Source: a virus
Lineage: Duplodnaviria > Caudoviricetes
DNA: 32,239 bases
Direction: 5' to 3' (one strand)
IMG/VR virus record: IMGVR_UViG_3300020042_011096
Coordinates: 1-32,239 of that record
Part shown: positions 16,140-25,898 of the stretch, piece after piece
Numbering within the stretch: the stretch's first letter is position 1
Layout: every line of letters begins with the position of its first letter
Notes under the pieces: model-generated
The model's database searches: none
The model's input: only the letters and a program-made list of their open reading frames with translations
Told to the model about the DNA's origin: nothing
Program-made: the position numbers and the translations under genes

Positions 16140-16520
16140 GAACTAGTACTATCAGTCCGAAGCAAACAGCGCCTATTTGACCGTAAGATGGCTAGAGAAG
16201 GATACGCTGCAAAGATATGTAAGTGGGAAGATAGAAATGAGTGTATGTTGACTCATATTGATAGAGTAAATACTACTGCTGGTGTTATTACATATAGAGT
16301 TAAACGTAATAATAACATGGGTGAATTCAATAGCGCTATCTACAATATACGTGCTAGCCGTATAATCCGTGATACCGACCGTATGCTTAGAGCTTTCAGA
16401 GATCCACAAGAGCGTCAAGCACGTATGGACGCTGTCCGCCAGCAAGAACTGCGAGATGAACTTAAAGATAAGTTCCGTGCTATGTGCAATCGTAACATGT
16501 TCTTTGGCCAAATAGGATAA
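16137..16520 (+). CDS. Hypothetical protein in the head module
   Basis: 127-aa ORF between capsid/HNH and adaptor. Confidence 0.7.
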   Translation: MELVLSVRSKQRLFDRKMAREGYAAKICKWEDRNECMLTHIDRVNTTAGVITYRVKRNNNMGEFNSAIYNIRASRIIRDTDRMLRAFRDPQERQARMDAVRQQELRDELKDKFRAMCNRNMFFGQIG

Positions 16521-16527
16521 ATAATAT

Positions 16528-17187
16528 ATGTCATTGAATATAACATCTGCAATCGCTAGAGTAAGAAACTATCTGGACGATCAAAACAATGGTACAGATG
16601 CTCGTTGGAGTGATGCTGAAATAAAGCTATCTCTTGAACTAGCACTAGACGTAGTAACCACTGAAGCAGTTCAGGGCGGCGTGCATCAGCAATTTCGTCA
16701 AGTAGCTACTAGCACTGTTTCTGGTGGGCTTATTACGGTTCTAAGCAATATAAAGATTATTTCTGTATTCATGTCAAATGGTAATAGCCGAGTAGCAATA
16801 CTTCCAGCTGCTCCAAGAAATCGTTCTTTTATTGACCGTGCTACCAGCGGCACAATTGAATATGATTATATCGCAAAGAATAATGTCAACTGGGCTTCAG
16901 CCACACCGGGCACTGAAATAATAACTTATGGTGGTGTAGACATAGACGATAATATCTTTGACGCTTATCTGTGCTGCATCGCTGCCATGGACCTAGTAAT
17001 CAAAGAAGGCGAAGTATCTCCAGTATTAGCAGATAGAACTGAAAAATACCGTAGAGGTGTGATGGGCAGTCCAATTACTGGACAAATCCAGGTATTTACC
17101 GGCACACGTAATCAGCTAGCTCCTGCAGCCTATTACCAGCTGTATTACTATAAGAAATCGCCAACTACTTTGGAAGTATACCGCTAA
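16528..17187 (+). CDS. Head-tail adaptor (podovirus tubular protein A-like)
   Basis: AIARVRNYLDD...RWSDAEIKLSLELAL N-terminal helical pattern; adjacent to the portal gene. Confidence 0.7.
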   Translation: MSLNITSAIARVRNYLDDQNNGTDARWSDAEIKLSLELALDVVTTEAVQGGVHQQFRQVATSTVSGGLITVLSNIKIISVFMSNGNSRVAILPAAPRNRSFIDRATSGTIEYDYIAKNNVNWASATPGTEIITYGGVDIDDNIFDAYLCCIAAMDLVIKEGEVSPVLADRTEKYRRGVMGSPITGQIQVFTGTRNQLAPAAYYQLYYYKKSPTTLEVYR

Positions 17188-19004
17188 TGAATAAAAATAC
17201 ATACTCAAAAACTGAACGTGAGAATATCGTCGGCGATAAAGAACAGATATTAGGTTTGTTAGAAGAACTAAAAATACTGCCTGCCACTGTCTTTCGCCGC
17301 ACGCTAAATCAAGGTCGTGCTAATGAAAAGATTGCAAGTGGTAATCTCAGTACAGATAGCATTATCCGTAATAATCTCACAAATGCTTATGCAGACCAAG
17401 ATACTCCACGTGCTCCACAGCAAATATTAAATAATCTTGTGCTTACTTGGGCTGCTCTTATGAGCAAAGACCGTCAGTCTGTTTATGCTGTGCCAGTATC
17501 AAACAACCTAAATAACACCAGCGCAGCTGAAATATTCACAAAGATTATTGAATACACGGAGGCAGAAGAAGATATTAGTTACAAGTGGCACACAACCGCT
17601 ATTTATAATGCATTCCATGGCAGTGCATTCATGTATATCTATTTCAATCCAGAAAAGCAACGTGTTTGCTGGAAGCCATTAAGTATATTTGATGTTTATA
17701 TAGACGACAAGGCTGATGCGGCTGATATTGATTATGTTGTCATTCGGGAATACATTGACCCATGGACAGCAGAAGAAATGATATCTCAGAATAATCCAGA
17801 CTATAATGGTGAACCACCTGTTGAGAAATATCAAGACGGTGCTGGTTATGACCACGATGGCGTAGCTAAATACTGCATATGGTATAAGCCTTGTCCACGC
17901 TACAAGACCGGACTGTATGCCTGCATCATTGGCGGCGAACTAGTAGAAAGTACAGAATATCCTTATGTCTTCAAGGACAAAGATGGAGAAAAAGATATTG
18001 CACTATTACCGGTTGCTTGGTGGTATTGCCGTAAGAACCGTGGTACATCACTAGGATTAACTTGGGCAAGTGATTGCGCTCCACTACAAGTAGCACTAAA
18101 CGAACTAAATAGCAAGCTGTTACGTAATGCTCAGATTAGCCAAAGCTATTTGGTTATTCCAAAGAGTTTAAATAACAATGAAGGCTTTGACCAAGTCAAC
18201 CAAATCATATCTACAGACCCTGGCAGTGACATGGGCAATATTAACTGGGTCAATCCTGCGCCTATTGATCCTAATCAGGTTAACGAAAAAGAAAACTTAA
18301 TTCGCAGCATGTATGATAGTGCTGGTATCAGTCAGCAAACTGCCGGTCAAGCCGGTGGTAGTTCAGGCAGAGCTTTGGCCTATCAAGCCGAACTTGACAC
18401 ACAAAAGCACGCTGATGCCTTTAAAAGCTTTGAGGTTGCAATCCAGCAAGCTTGGCAACTAGACCTGAAACTAAAACAAAAATATTATACTGTGCCACAA
18501 AAGATGTTATTAGATGATGGCATGACAGATATAGTATATTCAGGTACAGATATCATGGGCGTAGATATTAGACTTGAAGCCCGTTCTGCACGTGAAGGCG
18601 CACAATCAACCAAGGTACAAAATGCCAAGGGTGATATCGCTAACGGCTTGGCTGGTCCAGAAACCCTGACAGGCTTATTGCCAGATAGCGCCACGCAGAT
18701 TAGTGGAGCAATCGCCGAAGACCTTATAAACCGTTATATTGCTGGGGAAGAAGTGCAAATCACTCCTGAAACAGTTGACCCAGCTTCATTTGTAAATGCG
18801 CTAGATAAGAAAATAAAATCTGCATTACTTAATAGAGATATTAAAACTGCAGAAGAACTTAACGCTTTCAAAACGCAGTTCTTAAAAGATATGGCTATGC
18901 AACAGCAACCAAGTGCTGAACAACAGTCCAGTGCTGGACAACCTGCTGCACAACCATTACCTGAAAGTGTTACAAATGAAAATATTTCAGCTCAACCCCA
19001 ATAA
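17187..19004 (+). CDS. Portal protein (P22-like)
   Basis: 605 aa; helical; LQVALNELNS, AGISQQTAGQ...SSGRALAYQAE motif; Gln-rich tail. Confidence 0.85.
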   Translation: MNKNTYSKTERENIVGDKEQILGLLEELKILPATVFRRTLNQGRANEKIASGNLSTDSIIRNNLTNAYADQDTPRAPQQILNNLVLTWAALMSKDRQSVYAVPVSNNLNNTSAAEIFTKIIEYTEAEEDISYKWHTTAIYNAFHGSAFMYIYFNPEKQRVCWKPLSIFDVYIDDKADAADIDYVVIREYIDPWTAEEMISQNNPDYNGEPPVEKYQDGAGYDHDGVAKYCIWYKPCPRYKTGLYACIIGGELVESTEYPYVFKDKDGEKDIALLPVAWWYCRKNRGTSLGLTWASDCAPLQVALNELNSKLLRNAQISQSYLVIPKSLNNNEGFDQVNQIISTDPGSDMGNINWVNPAPIDPNQVNEKENLIRSMYDSAGISQQTAGQAGGSSGRALAYQAELDTQKHADAFKSFEVAIQQAWQLDLKLKQKYYTVPQKMLLDDGMTDIVYSGTDIMGVDIRLEARSAREGAQSTKVQNAKGDIANGLAGPETLTGLLPDSATQISGAIAEDLINRYIAGEEVQITPETVDPASFVNALDKKIKSALLNRDIKTAEELNAFKTQFLKDMAMQQQPSAEQQSSAGQPAAQPLPESVTNENISAQPQ

Positions 19005-19017
19005 AGAGGATTAATTT

Positions 19018-19656
19018 ATGTCACAACTAGAAGCCTTCGCTACATTCAAATCACCGTCCACACAAATCTATAACTTGTCTGCGCTTAGCACTACGCCAAC
19101 CAGCTTGCTATTTGATACCAATCCAGGAACACGTGCTGCTACTGGTCTAGGTACTACCACTATTACTTGCGCCAATACTTTTGGTATTGAGCCCGGTATG
19201 CAAGTTGTATCTGTAGCTACACTTGTTATCCCTGCTGAAACATATGTTGTATCTGTAAATCCAGGTGTCAACATTGTTGTTAGCCGTGTTATTGCTGCAG
19301 CTGTTGGTAGTGTTAGATTTATAAATAATAATAAAACTATTATTGCTCGTCTACGTATCAGCAATCTGTCAACGGTTAACGCTGTTGCTATTCAGTTTTC
19401 AGATATTACGCAGGTAACACTACCAACTATTAACGGTAATACCGCAGGCTTTACAGCTACTGCCACAACTGCACCAACATTTACTGCTTCAACGTTTGCA
19501 TGTTCAGCTTCAACTGCAGTAGCTATTGGCGATGGCATCCGCATTCAGCCAGCCACTACACTTGAGATTAATATCGGTCTAAATACTCGCCTATGGATTG
19601 TTGCTTCTGCTGCAGCCACGCCGGTTCAAGTTGCTGCCATTCTACAAAACGGCTGA
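19018..19656 (+). CDS. Putative structural/decoration or tail protein
   Basis: 212 aa; Thr/Ala-rich with beta-strand character. Confidence 0.55.
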   Translation: MSQLEAFATFKSPSTQIYNLSALSTTPTSLLFDTNPGTRAATGLGTTTITCANTFGIEPGMQVVSVATLVIPAETYVVSVNPGVNIVVSRVIAAAVGSVRFINNNKTIIARLRISNLSTVNAVAIQFSDITQVTLPTINGNTAGFTATATTAPTFTASTFACSASTAVAIGDGIRIQPATTLEINIGLNTRLWIVASAAATPVQVAAILQNG

Positions 19657-19673
19657 TATATAGGAATATAATC

Positions 19674-20597
19674 GTGAAATTTGGTAACTTTTCTGGAATG
19701 AATAATAGCCTTTGCGGAGGATTGTCAGGTCAATCTTCTGTATATGCTCCTGTTGCTGGACGTTTATGGACGCCATCAACTTGGCAATTGCGAGGTGGTA
19801 TAACAACTGCCGGTACATTTGCTGGTGGCGTGTCTGAAACAGCACCACAGGCTTTATGGTGGAATGCGCCCGGTAACGGAATCTATTTTAGTGGTACCAC
19901 TAGTGGACAATTAAAATTATATACAGGCGGATCGGGATATGATTTAAATAGTTTTTTGAGTGGCAGTTCCGGGACCAGTGTATTACTAAAAGCAATTGAT
20001 GGTGTCACTGACGTCTTACCATGCGCTATAGCTCTTTCAGCTAACGGTTTAAATTTATTTAGTATCAGCTCCAGTCAAGGCAAAATATTTAAACATACAC
20101 TAGGAACTGCTTTTACGCCATCAACGGTTGTTGCAACAGCTGCACAAGAAAATGCGCTAAACTTTGCTACTTCTACCGGTCCGAATGGACTGTCATTTAT
20201 TGAAACAGGCGGCGCTTGCAAGTTATTGATTTGCAATGAAGGTGCAAATCGCGTTATTCAAGTATATAGTATGAGTGCGGCATTTGATTTAACAACTTTA
20301 GCACAAACCCAAACTCAAACTGCACCTACTACTGATCCTTTTGGATGTTGCTGGATGGATAGTGGAAATAAATTTGCTATTGTTGACAGCTCAGCTGGTA
20401 ACGTTCGTTGTTATACAACATCACCTGCATTCACAATTACCACTATAACTTCTAGCAGTCATTACGACTCTATAGATTTAACTAGTCTTGGTTTTGCCGG
20501 TGGCACGTTTACTGATATTCAGTTTAATACAGCCGGAACGCGAATGTATCTAACAGAGCAAAACGGTGACCGTATGGTCCAATTTGGTATGACCTAA
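19674..20597 (+). CDS. Beta-propeller repeat protein, putative tail/receptor-binding
   Basis: GTG start at 19674 after AGGA; repeated blades such as IALSANGLNLF...KHTLGTAF, QVYSMSAAFDLTT and IQFNTAGTRMYL. Confidence 0.65.
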   Translation: MKFGNFSGMNNSLCGGLSGQSSVYAPVAGRLWTPSTWQLRGGITTAGTFAGGVSETAPQALWWNAPGNGIYFSGTTSGQLKLYTGGSGYDLNSFLSGSSGTSVLLKAIDGVTDVLPCAIALSANGLNLFSISSSQGKIFKHTLGTAFTPSTVVATAAQENALNFATSTGPNGLSFIETGGACKLLICNEGANRVIQVYSMSAAFDLTTLAQTQTQTAPTTDPFGCCWMDSGNKFAIVDSSAGNVRCYTTSPAFTITTITSSSHYDSIDLTSLGFAGGTFTDIQFNTAGTRMYLTEQNGDRMVQFGMT

Positions 20598-20600
20598 TAT

Positions 20601-21221
20601 ATGACATTAAGATATCCAGCACATAGGGTAAATGCAATTGAAAAGTATGTTGCTGAAAGCATAACTTCAGCAGCAGCTGCCGCAATCATACCCCTCACAG
20701 ACCGCACGTTGGTCCGTCTTGCGTTTTCTGGTGCTGGTACCATAGACTTAGAGGCTGGAACAGAAGACGGCTTATATCGCATCCTAATAGCAGAAACTGT
20801 TGCGGGAACAACACAATTAATAAATAGTGCGACTGTCTTACTGAACTCTAGCTGGCAACCAGCTGCAGCAGGTGAAGTACTAACGGTTATGTGGAATGCG
20901 ACTATTTCTAGATGGTGTGAAGTAGCTCGTTCTGCAGTTTCTGGTGGTGGCGGTGGCGGAACATATGGAACAATTAACGTAACATTTTCAAGGTCTGTGC
21001 ACAGTATAACAACAACAGTTCTTGATGCAGGGGTTCTTGTTGGCTCTAATATAGTAGTTAGTGTTGGTATACCTGCAAGTCGTGATCTAGATGAATTAGA
21101 AATGGCACCGTGCGTCGCAGCAGTTGGCACAATTGTTCCAGGCGTAAGCTTCCAAGTCATAGCGGTTTCAATTGATGGTGATGCTGAAGGCATCTACGTT
21201 TTAAAATATACGAGGAATTAA
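20601..21221 (+). CDS. Putative tail/structural protein, two domains joined by a poly-Gly linker
   Basis: 206 aa; SGGGGGGT linker. Confidence 0.55.
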   Translation: MTLRYPAHRVNAIEKYVAESITSAAAAAIIPLTDRTLVRLAFSGAGTIDLEAGTEDGLYRILIAETVAGTTQLINSATVLLNSSWQPAAAGEVLTVMWNATISRWCEVARSAVSGGGGGGTYGTINVTFSRSVHSITTTVLDAGVLVGSNIVVSVGIPASRDLDELEMAPCVAAVGTIVPGVSFQVIAVSIDGDAEGIYVLKYTRN

Positions 21222-21224
21222 ACA

Positions 21225-22685
21225 ATGGCAATAATATCAACCGGAGCTGCAACCGCAGGAAAAGCAGATGTAGATGGCAACTTTAATCTAAACGTCGTCA
21301 CTCCACAGACTGAATCACAGGCTGGTTTCGTACAATTGTCTTCAGAAGTTGATGCTGGCGATGTTTTAGGAACACGCACAGTGCGTGCTCTTGAAGTGTC
21401 TCAGGATTATCGTCTTCGTGTTGGTACTGATAGTCCACTCTTTAATTTAAGTTTTGAAGGAATTATCATTCCGCAAGCACATCTTCAGCAATCATTTGTT
21501 ATACATACAATTGCTCAAAGTGGTGGCTTTCTGAATCTAAACAACGGAGGCAGCACTGCAGTTGGTTCTAGCAGTATACGCACGTATCGCACATTTCCAT
21601 TAATCGGTTCATACCCAACATATTCTGATATGTGGATCCGCGAAACCAATGCTACTGCTACTAATTTTATTAGTGAATGGGGTTTTGGGTATGCTTCAGT
21701 AAGCACCGTGCCAACTGATGGTATTTTCTTCCGTCGTATTTCTTCAGGTCAATTGCAAGCTGTTGCTAGTTTTGGTGGTACAGAAACTTCCACAGTTATA
21801 ACAACAACAAATATCCCGGCTAGAGATGGCACCGGTGTGTATGATCCTGCTGAAACAAGTCACTATCTAATTGCAAATAATAATGATAATGTTGCATATT
21901 GGATTAATGATGTATTAGTTGCAACCATAAACACACCAGCAGGACAAGGTGGACCAACATCTTCATCATTGCAACCGTGTTTTGCGCGTGTATATACAAC
22001 TGCAGTCGCTTCACTAGGACGTCGTCTAGAAGTAGGCTTCTTGCAAGTCGCTGGTGGTGATATTGTTACACATAAACCATGGGGACACCAAATGGCTGGT
22101 TATGGTGGTGGTGCTTATCAAACACAACCGGGCACTGCAAGTGGTCAAACAGCTACATTTGCTGTTGGTACTGCTCCAGCTGCCGCAGGTGCTTGGACTG
22201 CTTCAACTGCGCCTGCAACAAACAGCTTAGGTGGTTTATGGACGTCACCGGTTACATTACCAATTGGTGCAGAATCTGATTATCCGATATTTGCTTATTT
22301 AAATCCGATTGGTAGCAATGCTTTACCGGGTAAAAATTTATATATCACCGGTGTCAAAGTAAATGAAACAATTGTCACAACTGCATTAGGTGCAACAGCC
22401 AATACACTAATATGGGGTATTGGTGTTGGCTCAACTGGCAGTACTCTTGCAACAGTTGACGGTGCGGCTTCTGTCGGACCACGTCGCGTTGTTATTGGTG
22501 CTCAAGCGTTTGCCGCATCAGCCGCAGCAGGTACAATATCATCTACTGCTCCAACGCTTGACTTTACTGCAGCCCCAATGGTTTGTCCACCGGGTGCATA
22601 TATACACGTTACATTACGATTAGCTACTGGCGTTGCAGCCGGTGCTTTACGCGGTTCAGTAACAATAATTGGTTATAACGAGTGA
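21225..22685 (+). CDS. Putative tail fibre/spike protein (beta-rich, possibly lectin-like)
   Basis: 486 aa; Thr/Gly/Ala-rich; position in the structural cluster. Confidence 0.55.
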   Translation: MAIISTGAATAGKADVDGNFNLNVVTPQTESQAGFVQLSSEVDAGDVLGTRTVRALEVSQDYRLRVGTDSPLFNLSFEGIIIPQAHLQQSFVIHTIAQSGGFLNLNNGGSTAVGSSSIRTYRTFPLIGSYPTYSDMWIRETNATATNFISEWGFGYASVSTVPTDGIFFRRISSGQLQAVASFGGTETSTVITTTNIPARDGTGVYDPAETSHYLIANNNDNVAYWINDVLVATINTPAGQGGPTSSSLQPCFARVYTTAVASLGRRLEVGFLQVAGGDIVTHKPWGHQMAGYGGGAYQTQPGTASGQTATFAVGTAPAAAGAWTASTAPATNSLGGLWTSPVTLPIGAESDYPIFAYLNPIGSNALPGKNLYITGVKVNETIVTTALGATANTLIWGIGVGSTGSTLATVDGAASVGPRRVVIGAQAFAASAAAGTISSTAPTLDFTAAPMVCPPGAYIHVTLRLATGVAAGALRGSVTIIGYNE

Positions 22686-22694
22686 GGTATAAGT

Positions 22695-22931
22695 ATGGAA
22701 TGGCTGCAGAATAATATATTTCAGGTTATAACGCTGGTTTCCAGCACTTTCACGTTTGTTTGGATATTGTCTAAACACTATTTTGGCTTAGAGAATCGTA
22801 TCCAGAACGTAGAAGTGGAAATAAAACGTCTAAACGATAAACTGGATAAGGATCTGATTGACCTTAAGAGCGTCGTTGAAGAACTACGCAGCGATCTAAA
22901 AGAGCTGATGAAGCTTGTAATCCAGAGATGA
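22695..22931 (+). CDS. Single-TM coiled-coil protein, holin-like
   Basis: Hydrophobic IFQVITLVSSTFTFVWIL followed by a heptad coiled coil; SD GAGG. Confidence 0.6.
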   Translation: MEWLQNNIFQVITLVSSTFTFVWILSKHYFGLENRIQNVEVEIKRLNDKLDKDLIDLKSVVEELRSDLKELMKLVIQR

Positions 22932-23033
22932 CCTAAAACTTATAATAATAGAATATAGGTATTAATAACGCTTTACATTAACTGTAAGGCGCTTATATAC
23001 TTGTATATGCATTATAATGCACAGGAGAATAAT

Positions 23034-23372
23034 ATGCAAATTAGAAATATTTATCGTGAAGGCATGTCAGTTGAGCTTTTTGAACAGGCAACCATTGCAA
23101 GTCAGTGGGCTGTGCTTGAGATTATGTCTGAAGACGACGTTGCAGTCAAGAATGGTGGGATTATTCTATCCAGCGGTGCAGTAGAAAGCAAGACTGGCGT
23201 ACTACTTTACCGATTAGTTAATGGTGGTGACAGCTTTACCCACATTTGGGCAGCTGAACCCGGTGACTTATTCTTGATTAGCCATCTTGCTGGTGACCGC
23301 ATTGGCAAGTTTGTATTCGTTGACCAGCAGGACGTACTGATGAAGTATGGCAAAAATGTTTTCAAGGACTGA
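23034..23372 (+). CDS. Divergent GroES/Cpn10-like co-chaperonin
   Basis: Start reassigned to 23034 (SD CAGGAG); mobile-loop-like GGIIL, PGDLFLI, and C-terminal FVFVDQQDVL. Confidence 0.7.
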   Translation: MQIRNIYREGMSVELFEQATIASQWAVLEIMSEDDVAVKNGGIILSSGAVESKTGVLLYRLVNGGDSFTHIWAAEPGDLFLISHLAGDRIGKFVFVDQQDVLMKYGKNVFKD

Positions 23373-23375
23373 AGT

Positions 23376-23627
23376 ATGGCAACTAAAAAGAATACACCAG
23401 TAACTGCAGCTGAATTACGCGTAGCACTAAGCAAGCTCGGCTCATCTGCTATTACTATACTAAATGATATACTAGTTGATAAAACTGTTGACAACAAACT
23501 TAAAGTGGATGTTTGCAAGTTTATCATCAGCCAAGTACTTGACGATCCAGCCATCCTTAACAATGGCGGTGATAATCTAGTCAAGCTAGCTGAAATACTA
23601 CGCGCTCCTGTTAAGGACGTCAAGTGA
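23376..23627 (+). CDS. Putative terminase small subunit
   Basis: 83 aa, helical; overlaps the start of the large terminase. Confidence 0.55.
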   Translation: MATKKNTPVTAAELRVALSKLGSSAITILNDILVDKTVDNKLKVDVCKFIISQVLDDPAILNNGGDNLVKLAEILRAPVKDVK

Positions 23628-25090
23628 TTAAACCTAATACAGAGAATCTGGTAAAAGTAAGCGAACTTATAAATGTCATGGACCAGAGTACCGGTGAACT
23701 GAAGCCATGGCGTTTATATTCTCACCAGATTCGTGTATTAGAACACTTAATATCTCATGACCGGTCAATATGGCTAAAAGCACGTCAGCTTGGTATAAGC
23801 ACGCTGATGACATATTATGTATTAATGTTAGGTATACTTAATGCAAATATAAGAGTTGCTGTTGTCGCTGATAACTTTAATAACAGTATTGGATTACTAG
23901 AGAAAATCCGTGATATTTGCAATCAGCTTGGCATTAACCTAAATACAGATAATCAAAAACGCCTTATACTTGGTAATGGTTCTTCATTTGACGCCATTAC
24001 TGTTAACTCAGCATTAGGACAAGACAACACAGCTGGTCGGTCCAAAACATTTCACGTATTATTACTCAGTGAAGCTGCATACTACAATAACTCACATGCT
24101 GTATTCGCATCATTAACGTCATCTGCTATTCCAGATGCGATTATCATTGTAGAAAGTACTGCTACTCCAAGCAAGAACATGTTCAGGAGTTTATGGGATG
24201 GCAGTAACTATTTTAAAAGTTTCATCTCAATGCAAGAGCATGATAACTACATTAAAGAAGAAGCTGCTATATCTGATGACGAGTTTAAATTGCTGCAGGA
24301 GCAGTTTGGTTTCACATCCAGACCACACGCCGCCTTTTGGTCATACAAGCTTCAGAATGAATTTGGCGGCGATACAAATAGGTTGCTGCGCGAGTATCCA
24401 ATTCTTGAAGCACACAGCTGGTCCAGTGCTAGCGGTAGATTCATTGATACTGACCCACTTATCCGGCAAGCAGTGCGCACTATAAGCAAAACACAAATAT
24501 ATACAGAAGCTGTATTAGGTGGACATTATATATTCGGTGTTGACGTTAGTGCTGGTGTAGGTAGAGACTATAGCTCTATCGTTGTATATGACCTAAAGAA
24601 CAAACAGATAGCAGGCTTGTATCATTCCAACACCGATAAGATGGATACAATAGCTCAAGAAATTAAAACTCTGCATAGCTATTTCCGACCACACAATATC
24701 TATATAGAGAAGAACGGTATTGGTGGCTTCTGGCTTATCCCTGAGTGCCAAAAGCTAGGTATACCAGTAAATGATATTGTTACGACTGAAGCGTCAAAGT
24801 ATGCTGGATTGCTATTAGTCAAACAAGCAATAGAAACTGGATATCTGTCTGCTGATGCCCACTTCAGCAGTGAAGCCAGTAGCTTAACGTATTCTCTCAA
24901 GGGAGAAAAAGAACAATTTAATCATGCAGGAGATAGTTTGATGGCTTGTAGTTTTTGTCTACTAAAGGCAGATGATTATAAATACGCTGTCAATTTACCA
25001 CCACCGCGACCAACAGCACCATCAGGTGCGTGGGATATGGAGCGTAGCTTGCGGATTGGTGAGAAGCAAAAAAGGCGGAATAAAGAATGA
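23624..25090 (+). CDS. terL: Terminase large subunit
   Basis: Walker A KARQLGIST, Walker B LLLSEAA, coupling motif IVESTA; nuclease motifs GVDVSAGVGRDYS, IEKNGIG and GDSLMA. Confidence 0.95.
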   Translation: MIKPNTENLVKVSELINVMDQSTGELKPWRLYSHQIRVLEHLISHDRSIWLKARQLGISTLMTYYVLMLGILNANIRVAVVADNFNNSIGLLEKIRDICNQLGINLNTDNQKRLILGNGSSFDAITVNSALGQDNTAGRSKTFHVLLLSEAAYYNNSHAVFASLTSSAIPDAIIIVESTATPSKNMFRSLWDGSNYFKSFISMQEHDNYIKEEAAISDDEFKLLQEQFGFTSRPHAAFWSYKLQNEFGGDTNRLLREYPILEAHSWSSASGRFIDTDPLIRQAVRTISKTQIYTEAVLGGHYIFGVDVSAGVGRDYSSIVVYDLKNKQIAGLYHSNTDKMDTIAQEIKTLHSYFRPHNIYIEKNGIGGFWLIPECQKLGIPVNDIVTTEASKYAGLLLVKQAIETGYLSADAHFSSEASSLTYSLKGEKEQFNHAGDSLMACSFCLLKADDYKYAVNLPPPRPTAPSGAWDMERSLRIGEKQKRRNKE

Positions 25091-25503
25091 ATTATTTTAG
25101 ACAGCTATTTGAGAATACAAGTATCGCCGATAAGGCTCTTACGGAATCTGAGCAGATTGAGCTTGAAGAACTAGAGGAAACAATAGAACTTGCAAAGACC
25201 GACCTGTATGGCAGAATCAAGCTTTATGTTGACATGTACTTGACGCCAACCCAGGCACGTCGTTGGTACCTTTATTTCAACACAGGATCAATCAGGAGCG
25301 TCGCTGAAGCAGAAGGCGTGTCAACTGCCGCAGTTTCCAAGAGCCTTATAGGAACGCGTCCTAATGAAAGTTCAACTAGCAGGATCAAAAGTCCTGTGGA
25401 CAAGCTGCAGAAGATTGTGCTAGCAGATGTGGAAATACAATCACTGCTACTGCGCATCCGCACGGCTAGTGATGCCATAAACGAAATCAAGGAGGGATAT
25501 TGA
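25087..25503 (+). CDS. Sigma70 region-4/HTH-type transcription regulator
   Basis: LTPTQARRWYLYF..GSIRSVAEAEGVSTAAVSKSL. Confidence 0.75.
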   Translation: MNYFRQLFENTSIADKALTESEQIELEELEETIELAKTDLYGRIKLYVDMYLTPTQARRWYLYFNTGSIRSVAEAEGVSTAAVSKSLIGTRPNESSTSRIKSPVDKLQKIVLADVEIQSLLLRIRTASDAINEIKEGY

Positions 25504-25504
25504 T

Positions 25505-25789
25505 ATGAGAAAAGAAAACATTAAAAGTATACAACCCGTAGAAAATAACGAATCAGAAGAACTGCTATCAGCTATCGTCAGCGAGTTAGCATCCAGCGAG
25601 GACTTTATCTTGACGTATATCAAGACGCTGTGCATTGTCAACGGTGGCCAGTTCAACCTAGATGAACTACGTGATAGGTATGGCTGGCGTCTTGCAAAGG
25701 TTCAGGCATTATCAAGTGCCATCAACCATTTTGCTGCACGTGGACTTGTAAAGCGTGGTGCGACTACGAATGACTGCAGTTTGGCGTGA
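25505..25789 (+). CDS. Putative winged-helix DNA-binding protein
   Basis: ILTYIK...NLDELRDRYG...LSSAINHFAARGLVKR; SD GGAGG. Confidence 0.55.
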   Translation: MRKENIKSIQPVENNESEELLSAIVSELASSEDFILTYIKTLCIVNGGQFNLDELRDRYGWRLAKVQALSSAINHFAARGLVKRGATTNDCSLA

Positions 25790-25898
25790 TATTTGTTGTC
25801 TGCAGCATTAATGCTCGTAGATACATAGTGTAACGCCCAACACCCCAGCCGGGTAAATTCTCTATCTAAGCCGGTACTGGAGCTGTATAGGAAGAGTA

